64,000 nt of DNA from Elsinoe ampelina (lineage: Eukaryota). Under the pieces are notes generated by a model, which did no database searches, was not told the origin of the DNA, and worked only from the letters and a program-made list of their open reading frames with translations. The stretch lies in contig ML992501.1 of the NCBI GenBank assembly GCA_010093995.1, positions 3,058,489 to 3,122,488 of the forward strand. Reading direction: 5' to 3'. This document shows, one piece after another, positions 24,530-35,193 of this stretch (within the stretch, counting starts at the first letter, position 1; the number at the start of each line of letters is the position of its first letter). The translations under genes and the position numbers were made by a program.

Positions 24530-26207
24530 ATGACGAAACCTAGAAAGGACGTCAAGTTCGCTCGGCGGTTGAGCCGACCATCACACGAGAACATGGACGG
24601 CTCTGGTGACTACCAAAGTCCTTCGAGGAATGGACATGCGACAAAACCCCCAATCGACAGAACAGTATCCGATGCGGCATGGACGGATGATGAGAAGGTC
24701 AGGACATGCATGGGCGAGACTCCTAGGACACACCGCTAACTATAGACAGCCACCAACTCCCGTTCAACCAAGCGAGTACGAAAAGAAGAAGGAGACCTTC
24801 ATAACTAGGACGATATGGACTCTTGTCATGATTGGAATCTTCTTCGGCAGCATGTTCATGGGCCACATCTACATCATCATCATCGTCACAGCAGTCCAGA
24901 TCATCTCATTCAAGGAAGTCATCGCCATTTCCAACGTCCCTAGCAGAGCCCGAAGATTACGCTTCACCAAGTCTCTAAATTGGTACTTTCTCGGCTCGAC
25001 AATGTACTTTTTGTATGGCGAGAGCGTGATATATTACTTCAAGCATATTATCCTGGTCGACAAGGTTTTGCTGCCATTTGCGACCCATCACCGCTTCATC
25101 TCCTTTATGCTCTACATTATTGGTAAGCAGGAATCCATGGTATACGTGCAAGCAAGACTGACGCATACAGGTTTTGTGTTCTTCGTCATCTCGCTAGAGA
25201 AAGGACACTACAAGTTTCAATTCACGCAATTCGCCTGGACTCATATGGCATTGTACTTGATCGTTGTTCAGGCCCACTTCATCATGAACAACATCTTCGA
25301 AGGCATGATCTGGTTCTTCCTGCCAGTATCACTGGTCATCACAAACGACATCTTCGCTTACATTTGCGGTATCACATTCGGGCGAACACAGCTGATCAAG
25401 ATCAGCCCGAAGAAGACAGTGGAGGGCTTTGTTGGGGCCTGGGTCTTTACTATCCTCTTCGGTATTGGTCTGACCAATGTTCTCATGCGATACAAGTACT
25501 TCATCTGCCCAGTCAATGTAATATATGCCACAGACTTTGACGAGACAGGACTGACATTGGCAGGATTTGGGGGCAAACGTTTTCACCGGACTGGAATGCG
25601 AGGTCAACCCGGTCTTCATCCCACACAAGTACCAACTACCGTTCATCCCACCTCATTGGACGCATCTTCCGACGGCTGTCACCGTCGCGTGAGTGAAATG
25701 CAAGATCACCGCTGCTTGTACTGATACTTTCACAGACCCATGCAGTTCCATATTCTCGTCTTTGCCACTTTCGCTTCCTTGATTGCTCCGTTTGGCGGCT
25801 TCTTCGCATCTGGTCTCAAGCGTACATTCAACGTCAAGGACTTTGGCGACTCGATTCCCGGCCACGGTGGCATGACTGATCGAATGGACTGTCAATTCAT
25901 CATGGGCTTCTTCGCATTCATGTACTACCAAAGGTAAGCAACATGTGCGCGTTAGCTATGGATTCGTCGACTGACATGAACAGCTTCATTGCCGTCTACA
26001 AGACTTCAGTTGGAGGAGTGATCGAGTTGGCCATCACTGGCTTGACCTCGGAGCAGCAGGTGGAGGTTGTCAAAGGGTTGAGCAAGCACCTTGTGAACCA
26101 GGGCGTGATCAGCCAGAAGGTACGACTCACTCCCATCTCATTGACCATTGACGCAATGCTAACGTCAATTCCAGGTGTTGGAATACCTCGGGGAGCAGCT
26201 CAAGTAG
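24530..26207 (+). CDS. CDS1: Phosphatidate cytidylyltransferase (CDP-diacylglycerol synthase)
   Basis: Motifs [21 protein letters not shown] and [29 protein letters not shown]. Six GT-AG introns at about 24698-24749, 25122-25171, 25518-25563, 25689-25736, 25933-25983 and 26120-26174. Confidence 0.95.
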
Positions 26208-26617
26208 TCACGACGTCATGACATGATATTGCAGTTTGGTAATGATCACAGTTGAGATATCCAACAACACTTGGGCATGACAGAGCCGGGTTGTATGTAG
26301 CCAGTATTCGTTGAAAAGCTCCTTTCTCCCACATCTACCATGCCTTGAGTTCTGGTCGTGATTGACCGGTGTCGGATTCCAATGCGGAAGTGGTCCGAAG
26401 ATTCCTCCCCGAAGGCGGGGCAATCATGGTGGGGGTGAGCGGGGACGCCTCCCACGAAATTATCCACTCGATCATTCGCCGTGATAGACTGCCGAAGCGT
26501 CATGCTATTCGATGCGGCGTAGGATAATAATTCTGTAATCATTGCTCCATCTCTCCGCATCAATTAATCCCGGTATATACTTGTGACAACTGTATGAATA
26601 CTGTAGAGATACCCAAC

Positions 26618-28678
26618 ATGTATGTCCCTCCGCACAGCACGTGAGCAATATTGACCTCGTACAGGGTGTACACAGCGAGCTTCGCCTTTTTCGAGGCAAT
26701 ATGGGAGGTATGTGCCCATAAGTCTATGCTGTTGTGGCATGCATTGACATCAACCAGGCCGGCGTCACCCATTGCTTCGTCAACCTGGGATCCGATCACC
26801 CCTCCATCATCGAGGCCATGGTCAAAGGGCAGAATGAAAAGAAGGGGCAGTTCCCTAGGATCATCACCTGTCCCAACGAGGTACGTCTCTGGTCCATCTT
26901 CTATACATCATCACAGCACGAAAGACTACCGACCAACCCCTCCTCCCCGACAACCTCCTCGTACCCCTCCCCTCCTGACATCACCACCAGATGGTCGCCC
27001 TCTCCCTAGCCGACGGTTTCGCCCGCCTCACCTCCCGCCCCCAAGCCGTCATCATCCACGTCGACGTCGGCACCCAAGGCCTCGGCGCAGCAGTGCACAA
27101 CGCCTCCACGGGCCGCGCCCCCGTGCTCATCTTCGCGGGCCTCTCCCCCGTCACCATCGAAGGGGAATACCGCGGCTCGCGCACAGAGTACATCCACTGG
27201 ATCCAAGACGTGCCCGACCAAAAGGCGATCGTGGCGCAGTACTGTCGCTACTCGGGGGAGATCAAACGCGGCAGGAACGTCAAGCAGATGGTCAATCGGG
27301 CGTTGAGTTTCGCAAAGTCGGCGCCCCAGGGGCCGGTTTATCTCGTGGGGGCGAGGGAGAGTATGGAGGAGGATGTGGAGCCTTATCATCTCAAGATGGA
27401 GAACTGGACGGCGGTCGAGGGGGCGGCGTTGACGGCCGGCCAGGCGAAGCGGGTGGCGGATCTGTTGGTGGGGGCGGAGGAGCCGTTGGTGATTACCGGG
27501 TATAGTGGGAGGAATCATAAGGCGCCGGGGGTGTTGAGGGAGTTGGCGGATACGGTGAGGGGGTTGAGGGTTTTGGATACGGGAGGGAGTGATATGTGTT
27601 TCCCAGCGGATCATCCGGGGTGGTTGGGGCTGAGGTATGGGGTGGAGGATGCAGTGAGGACGGCGGATGTGATCTTGGTGTTGGATTGTGATGTGCCTTG
27701 GATACCGACGCAGTGTAAGCCGAGGGAGGATGCGAGGGTCGTGCATATTGACGTGGATCCTTTGAAGCAACAGATGCCGGTGTTCTATATCGACGCTCAG
27801 ATGAGGTTCAGGGCGGATGCGAAGACGAGTGTGAGGCAGATTGTGGATGCGGTCAAGAATGACAAGGAGTTGAGTGAAAAGGTAAGAGGCAAAGAGTTCG
27901 ATGACAGATGGGAGAAGTTGCAGAAGAGCTATCAAGGACGACTGCAGACGATCAAGGACCTCGCGGTGCCTGCAAAGGACGGCAGCTTCAGCACCAGTTA
28001 TCTCGCCTCCCGACTCAAGGCTCTCCTACCACAAGACACCATCTACGCCGTGGAGGCAGTCACAAACGCCGGTTTTGTCTCCGACCAACTCCAGCAGACC
28101 ATTCCCGGCTCATGGATCAACTGTGGCGGAGGCGGTCTGGGCTGGTCAGGAGGCGGTGCACTCGGGATTAAGCTTGCCACGGATTTCGAGGCCGGTGGCA
28201 AAAATAAGGGCAAGTTCGTCTGCCAGATTGTCGGGGACGGGACCTATCTGTTCAGCGTGCCCGGATCAGTGTACTGGATCGCACAAAAATATGAGATCCC
28301 GGTGCTGACGATTGTGCTGAACAACAAAGGTAAGTCATACTGGAAAGGCAGACGAGGTGTTTATGCTGATGTGCTGTAGGCTGGAATGCCCCAAGAAAGT
28401 CTCTGCTACTTGTTCACCCTGATGGTCAAGGATCAAAGGCGACGAATGAGGAGCTCAACATCAGTTTCGCACCAACGCCGGACTATGCCGGTATTGCGGC
28501 TGCTGCGTCAGGTCACAAAGCTTGGGCAGGACAGGCGTGGACGGCAGATGACCTAGACCAGAAACTGAAGGATGCAATCAAGGCTGTACAAGAGACGGGA
28601 GTTTGTGCTGTGTTGGACGCCCATCTTGAGGGTCCAGAGGGCAAGTTTGGTGGAGGCAAGGCTGTCTTGGTAGGATAG
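26618..28678 (+). CDS. Thiamine diphosphate-dependent enzyme (acetolactate synthase / benzoylformate decarboxylase-like family)
   Basis: MVYTASFAFFEAIWE|AGVTHCFVNLGSDHP...CPNE|MVALSLADG, HVDVGT, and the ThDP motif GDG-x26-NN (GDGTYLF...VLNNK). Introns at 26620-26664, 26708-26757, 26881-26990 and 28330-28379. Confidence 0.92.
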
Positions 28679-28813
28679 ATTGGATGATCATGCCAGCGGT
28701 GGCTCAAGCAACTGGATTTGTTTGACGGAGAGGCAGCTGTGTGCCATCTTTGTTCGGTATGTAGATCTTCTCTAGATACACATGTACATGCCAGATCATG
28801 CTGGGGTCTTGGT

Positions 28814-30831
28814 CTAGCGTCCGAATCCGAACCAGCCACGCTTCTTTTCCTGAGATGGTGTGGCTGCTTGTTCCGAAACCCCATTGACGGGGGCCTTCTT
28901 TTCCTCCACGACTTGTTTGGCTCTACCGGGATACTCCAAATAGTTGAAGGCAACATCGAAGAACAGTGGCTTGACGGGAATTGGCTCAATCTTCGGAGGA
29001 TAAGACACTAGGTTGGTAAGATCGATCGTCAGGCCTGGCTGAGGGTACTCATTGATCTTCTCGATTGTTGGCGCTGAGAACACCTTTGACTTGTTGGCGC
29101 TGGCCACTGCTTGTTGCTCGATCTGGTGCATCTCCGCGATTGCTTGATGTCGAATGATCTGGCCTTGTAGTTGCTTCTGCAACGCTCGGACCTGGTCATG
29201 GTGAATGTCGAGAGTCGGCGGTGATTGAGTACTCCTGGACGATTCCGGGAGGGCCGAGACTGCTTGCGTTGCTAATTTGCCAGCCCGAGACAGTAGAGCG
29301 AGTGCTTTGAGAGAGTCTGATAGCAGACTGTGAGAGATCGCGACATTCAGGCACCTAGCAAGTTAGCGTATTCCGACAGTTTGTGTGCCAAGTACTCACT
29401 TGAGAGCTTGAAAGTAGGCACGCTTGCCGTCAAGCTCAGCAATGAAGCCCGAGTCTCGGACCGCTCCACGTAACGACTTGACCGAATCGATGCTTTGGAT
29501 GGTCGAGTCGTACAAGACGAGTCGCTCTCTTAATCGTGCAAGCTTTCGCGATCGAGCTTCCTCCTTCTCTGGCCATGGCTTGCCGTCCCGACGTGGTCGC
29601 TTTGGCTTTCGCTGCTCCTGGTCTGGGAACGTTCGTCCATCATCTTCGCCTATCAGCACCCGGTTTCGTCCTACACGCCAACTAACGAGATCGTAATTGA
29701 TGGCCAAGCTGGATACTCGCAGATCCTGCATCCTTGAATCACCCTCGTCTGCACCTTCTTTCTCGAGCTCTTCCGTTGCTCTTCGATTCGCATCTGCCGC
29801 ATCTTGCCAAGCGATTAGAATATCGTCGTAGGCACCAGCCCGTTTCGAAGCCGGCGCGGAGGTATTGCTTTGTAAGAAGTCTTCTAGAGTCTTTTCCGCC
29901 ACAGCAGCCTGTGCAAGCGCTTGACCGATAGATGCATCGACAATGTTCGCGGTTCGGCCTCTCCAGTTGATCGACGAAGGCGCTTCACCAGTCGCCGCCG
30001 CAGCCTTTTGATCCTTGACAGGCTTATGCTCGGCAAATGCCTCCTCGTCGACCTTCTTGACAAGAGTGGTGAAGTCGCTCTCATCTTGTGGGTAGAACTT
30101 TAGTGCTATTGAGGGGACCGCGATTGTACGGGAGAGCTTCGCTTGATACGCTGCGTATCGTATTGTTGGGTCGATTGTGTTATTCAACAGATCTCTGAAC
30201 ACCTCCTTCTTGGTCTGGTGGTAAAGTGCGGCATACGTGATACGGGCGACAGAGTACTCGCGAAGGCACGGGTACCATCTCTCCTTGTTCGCAATATCCT
30301 CTCTAGACTTCTGACCTTCCGACTGCTTCTCAAACTCCAGTGTACCCGCGAGCAGGCCCTTGTATGCACGTGCTTCTATTATGTCTCTGTCAGAGCTTCC
30401 AGAGCCAGTTCGATCTTGTAGTAAGCCGAGAAGTGCATTCGCCGTCTTCGTGGCCTTCCCCAGTCTGGAGAGGATGTGATCTCGTGTATCTCCGGTCACA
30501 GGCTGTCCAGTGGATTCTTCGGACTTTGTCGATTTGATGTGCATGGCGTGAGCCCAAGCTCGTTCGGCAGTGAAGAGAAGGAGGTGGGCATTTCTGGGGG
30601 ACTGTCAGCGCGGAATCGGCAGTGCGATGACAATGCTTACTGATGATCGCTTTTGATGTTCTCAGCAGTGATATCGGCCTTCTTTTGGAATTTCGCGTTC
30701 TTGCCCGTCACCCGGCCGAGCTTTCGTCTGGTTGCGACCAGTTTCCGTGAAAGCTGTTCCCTGTATGATTTGTAGTCCCCGACCAGGAGTGCGCGGTCTC
30801 GCAGACCAATGGTCGTCTCGGAAATGTCCAT
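28814..30831 (-). CDS. SRP68: Signal recognition particle subunit SRP68
   Basis: MDI...GDYKSYREQLSRKL, LLFTAERAWAHAM, DPTIRYAAYQ, C-terminal PIPVKPLFFDVAFNY and GWFGFGR. Introns at 30640-30594 and 29399-29355. Confidence 0.92.
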
Positions 30832-31190
30832 GACGAGCTTGACTGCGCTCAATGGCAGCAGCGGTGGTGGAGCAAGCGATATGGTATGCGTGGGGCAGTC
30901 GGCGTAGGTGCGGGCAGAAGTGGCAATGACTCGCGGAGCACATGTCTTGGCAGAATGTTTTGCTTCAGAGAATCGGATCTGGATCTTGACATCAGCGCTC
31001 GGCAGATCTCAAAAAGTTCGTCCCTGAGATCCTTTCCCGTTGTCAAACTCACGCTCTACGGCCCCTCTGGAGCTTCATGGTCTACTTGTCACAGCTTGCT
31101 GGATGTATTGGATTTCGTTGAGTCCCTTCAGCAGCTGCTCTCGTTCTTGCCGCATTTCCTCAACTTCACCCATAGATTGCCTCTCGTGGC

Positions 31191-34100
31191 ATGCTTGAGA
31201 GAGCATCTGCATGCCTCGAGTCAAGCATCTGGTGCTCTCGAAATGCTTCAAAACGGACAAGGGGCAGTAAACGATTACTACACTCGGCCTTCTGGAGCCA
31301 TGGAGCGACATACCTCGATCTCTTGCCTTTCGCCTTCGATGCACACCGAAGTACTGTTCCAACCGCGGTAACATCACCCTCTTCGCAAGGGCATCCCGCC
31401 CCCCAGCGTGCGGATGTACCGTTTCTCGATTTTCTCTATCCCGCACAGGCGCTGGCATTCCTGTCACGTACCTTTGGTAGCTCCGCAGACCACCCACGAC
31501 GGCGACATGTTGTGGGCAGCAGACGGTATTCCTCCCTTCCTCGACCCAGCCACGCTCGAGACATTCGCATCGCTCAGCTCCGATCATTCTCACAACAGTC
31601 TCCGCTTGATGTGCTAGCCGAACATTCAGAGGACCCACTCGGGTTGGAGCTTGATGTCTCCAACCCAGATGCTGAGCAGGATGGTCATGCTATGGCTGTG
31701 GTTAAGCAAGGGAAAACGTCTCAGATGCAGCTTTCTCAACAGCATCAGAGGAAAGAGTCGGCCGAAGCAGACCGGGGGACACACAAAAGCACAAGCTTGG
31801 GAGCTTTCGAGGAGATCATCCGGAACCCTTCACCAGACACGCCATTACCTCGCGTGCGAGCATTATGGAATGTTCTGACTGACACGCAGAAGTCGAATGC
31901 AAGCCTGAAGCGATCTCTCCACCTCTGGTTGTCGAGTCGTACCCAACATGGAACCCGTTCAGAAGCTTGGGCGTGGTCGAAAGAAATTCTGAGTCAGATC
32001 AGTCCCGAGGAACGCAGTTCGACCGTATATCGCTCGGCGATCTCTGTAGCTTTGAAAGGATCGGACGTTACATTGGCGGAGACCCTTCTGCACGAAGCCT
32101 GTGCGCGAGGGTTGCGCAGCGACTTTGGCGCAAATTTACTGATGAGGCACCACTTGAGGCAGCGCAAGTTCGACCAGGCTGTGTCGCTGATGACCACTAT
32201 GCGGGACTATTCTACGTTAGTTGGGGAATCGGCCATCTACTACAAGACGTTCGAAGGAATCGAGGGAGCAGCATGGCACACTTCATGGCTACCGGCTCTT
32301 ATGCGGTATCTCAATGATCAAACATCTACTGGAAATCCTCTGGCCACGTTTCGGGAAATTTTCGCCCGGGTCGCAAGCCGCTTCCCAGGATGGATCGCTC
32401 ACAAGACCGGCGGTCAATTCAATGCGAGAGTGGTGGCATTCAAAAAATTTCTGGACGAAATGAAATTTAGACCATGGGCTACGCTTGCTTATGAAGCGAT
32501 GCTTTTTCGCCTGTTAAGCAATACCAAGTCCAGTCATAAAGAGCGGTTTAGCAGATTGACTGCACAACTTTGGGGCGAGTACATGAGAGTCCAGGGCGTC
32601 GGACCATCCAAGGCCCTGATGATGCAAATTCTTCAAGCTTGGGAATCGGACCGCTTACTATGGCGCAACATCAGGTACAAGGAAGGGGAGCCTGCATTGC
32701 ACCCGAAGCTTCTCCGCCTGGATTGGGAAAAGCATTTTGGAAATCTCGACCACATGGCGCGGGTCAAGCTCTCAGTACTTGCAGCTCGAGCTGGAGATGT
32801 TGCTGAAGTCGAATCTCTGGCCCACGGCCTCCTGGAAGGGCCGCGTCAAAATCATGATCCTGACTATTTCTGGACATATGTTTTCGTGCACGCCCGACGC
32901 CGGGATGCGGCAGCTGCTCAGGATGCGTTTGATCGGATCGTCAATGAGTTTCGGCTTCGCCCTAGCGTACAGACTTGGGATATGCTACTTCATGCCTACG
33001 ACCGAGCAGATGATCTAGATGGAGCATTGAGGTGTTTCAAGCACAGGCAAGCTGAACAAGTTAAGATCATGCCACAAAGCATTTCTTCATTGCTCAATCT
33101 GTACGCCAAGCTTGGCGATGCAGATGCCATCAAAGAATTGATCGACTACGCTCGCGAAATGAACGTCCCAATCGATACTTGGATGATGAACTCTCTCATC
33201 GTAGCGCATGCACAAGCAGGGCACGTGGACTGGGCAACAGAGACTTTCGAAGAGACCATAAAGCAAAGGAAAGCTGGCCAGATCTCAGGCTCGCTGCGTA
33301 TTCCTTTCAATAGCGTCCTATCTCTTCATGCACAACAGAAGAACTTCCCCGCGGCCATCTCGATATATCGACAGATGAAGACTAAGGGTATACCTTTTGA
33401 CGACCAATCTTACGCCTCCATGGTCATGGCCCTGTGTCAGCAACGACGTCCAGATTCAGCTTGGCGAATAGTCAACAAAGTCATGGCCAAGGAAGGATTC
33501 CAGCCTACCGCCTTTCATTACACTCAAGTCATGATTGGCTTTGTGAATACGAGAGAATATCGCTACGCCATCGACGTCTATCATAAAATGGAGATGGCTG
33601 GTATCAAGCCAACTATCGGAACCAAGGCGGCATACCTGAAAGCCAAGGCATTGAACGAGCATCTGTCGAAGCAGCATGACGAGCCCCTTCCGCATGAGCA
33701 GATCGAAGGCCAGGAAATTGACGATCCGCGACCATTGGACGACACAATCCGAGAGCTTCTGGATGCATTGGAGGAAGACGTAGAGTTCGGCGACAAGGAT
33801 TTTGGGTTGCGAGACATTCGTGTTGTAGAGGCGAAGACGTCGCTTTTCGAAACACTCATTCAACTACATGGCCGACGAAGGTGCTTTGACGCGGCTTGGC
33901 AGCTCTTTCATACCGCGACAAACTACGTGTCGGTGAAGGGTAACGAGATTCCACCATTCCGTCTCATAACAGCCATGATGTCTGTCTACTGCCGTGCAGG
34001 TGAGCACGAAGAAGTCGAACGCTGCTGGAACCTTCTTGTGCAAGAAGCAAATCGACGACGTTTGGTTCAATTACCGGAGCTTGCTTCCAAAGACCCAATG

Positions 34101-34871
34101 ACAGGTGTCACTGACACTGCCGAAGAATCAGCATCCGAAAGGCTGCTCGACTCTATCACCAATCATCCTCCCGAAGATGCCAGCCCACCAGCCTCAACAT
34201 CAGGACCTCGCATCTCGCCCCACCCGGCGCCATCCAAACGCTTCCTCCTCTCCGTTCCCTTCCGCTACCTCACACGCTCCCTCACCCAAAGCCCTTCCCT
34301 ACCCGCCTCCCGCATTTCCTCCCTCCTGTCCACACTCCTCTCCCTTCTCGACCAGTCCTACACCCTGGACCATAAGACCTGGAACACCCTCATCCAATCC
34401 CTAATGTCGCTTCACCCACCCCGCGTCCTCCTCGCCTACACCCTCACCGAGCGCTTCCTCACCCCCAGCTTCCCCGGATGGCGCTATCCCTCCCGCATCG
34501 TCGCCCTCGACTTCGGAGTGCAGAACAATTCCCGACGCGCGGAAGGGGTGGAATACATGGCCTACCCGCAGCGGTACGTGCGCGCCGGGGAACGACTACC
34601 CACCTACCGAACGATGGTGTACCTCGCTTCTGGGCTCTTGGAGTTGCGACGACGGGAGACAACGGGATGGGAAGCTGGAGTGCGCGAAGAGATGTCGAAT
34701 GGCGAGTTGCGGGGTCAGGTGGGGAGTGTAGATGCGGTGATGAGGAGGGCGCCCAAGACGGTGGCGAACGTGAGGGAATTGCCTATTGTGTACGATGGGT
34801 TGCAGAGAAGGTTGATCAGGGGAGGGGGAGAGGGGGGGAGGGGGGAGAGGTGGTATAGTGAGCAGGGATAG
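31191..34871 (+). CDS. Mitochondrial pentatricopeptide-repeat protein, Cya5/Pet309-like translation regulator
   Basis: 1226-aa ORF with N-terminal MLERASACL...HSAFWSHGA and FLDFLYP. Multiple PPR motifs (PSVQTWDMLLHAY, DTWMMNSLIVAH, FDDQSYASMVMAL, PTAFHYTQVMIGF). Confidence 0.85.
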   Translation: MLERASACLESSIWCSRNASKRTRGSKRLLHSAFWSHGATYLDLLPFAFDAHRSTVPTAVTSPSSQGHPAPQRADVPFLDFLYPAQALAFLSRTFGSSADHPRRRHVVGSRRYSSLPRPSHARDIRIAQLRSFSQQSPLDVLAEHSEDPLGLELDVSNPDAEQDGHAMAVVKQGKTSQMQLSQQHQRKESAEADRGTHKSTSLGAFEEIIRNPSPDTPLPRVRALWNVLTDTQKSNASLKRSLHLWLSSRTQHGTRSEAWAWSKEILSQISPEERSSTVYRSAISVALKGSDVTLAETLLHEACARGLRSDFGANLLMRHHLRQRKFDQAVSLMTTMRDYSTLVGESAIYYKTFEGIEGAAWHTSWLPALMRYLNDQTSTGNPLATFREIFARVASRFPGWIAHKTGGQFNARVVAFKKFLDEMKFRPWATLAYEAMLFRLLSNTKSSHKERFSRLTAQLWGEYMRVQGVGPSKALMMQILQAWESDRLLWRNIRYKEGEPALHPKLLRLDWEKHFGNLDHMARVKLSVLAARAGDVAEVESLAHGLLEGPRQNHDPDYFWTYVFVHARRRDAAAAQDAFDRIVNEFRLRPSVQTWDMLLHAYDRADDLDGALRCFKHRQAEQVKIMPQSISSLLNLYAKLGDADAIKELIDYAREMNVPIDTWMMNSLIVAHAQAGHVDWATETFEETIKQRKAGQISGSLRIPFNSVLSLHAQQKNFPAAISIYRQMKTKGIPFDDQSYASMVMALCQQRRPDSAWRIVNKVMAKEGFQPTAFHYTQVMIGFVNTREYRYAIDVYHKMEMAGIKPTIGTKAAYLKAKALNEHLSKQHDEPLPHEQIEGQEIDDPRPLDDTIRELLDALEEDVEFGDKDFGLRDIRVVEAKTSLFETLIQLHGRRRCFDAAWQLFHTATNYVSVKGNEIPPFRLITAMMSVYCRAGEHEEVERCWNLLVQEANRRRLVQLPELASKDPMTGVTDTAEESASERLLDSITNHPPEDASPPASTSGPRISPHPAPSKRFLLSVPFRYLTRSLTQSPSLPASRISSLLSTLLSLLDQSYTLDHKTWNTLIQSLMSLHPPRVLLAYTLTERFLTPSFPGWRYPSRIVALDFGVQNNSRRAEGVEYMAYPQRYVRAGERLPTYRTMVYLASGLLELRRRETTGWEAGVREEMSNGELRGQVGSVDAVMRRAPKTVANVRELPIVYDGLQRRLIRGGGEGGRGERWYSEQG

Positions 34872-35193
34872 GAGGTGGGACTAGGTTCGGTCGACGGAAA
34901 GTGTCGGGGAAGTAAGATAAGACGGTGATGAATGACAGATGCATGGGAGGAGAGATGAGTGTGAGCATGTTGTACATATTGTAGTATACTCTCCGCATTA
35001 TATTAGAGCGAGTGTGTTTGGATATGAACAAATCGACGTCTACTGTGATTACGAGACTCTGCGTGTTGACAACCTCTTACCATCCCTGCCCCGTTACCTC
35101 GCCTCTTCAACCCTCGCACCATTACACAGGCAGACACAGCACTGCGGCTACCAGGTCCCTGCCACCGATCCACCGCTCTCCTCCTGCAAACCA

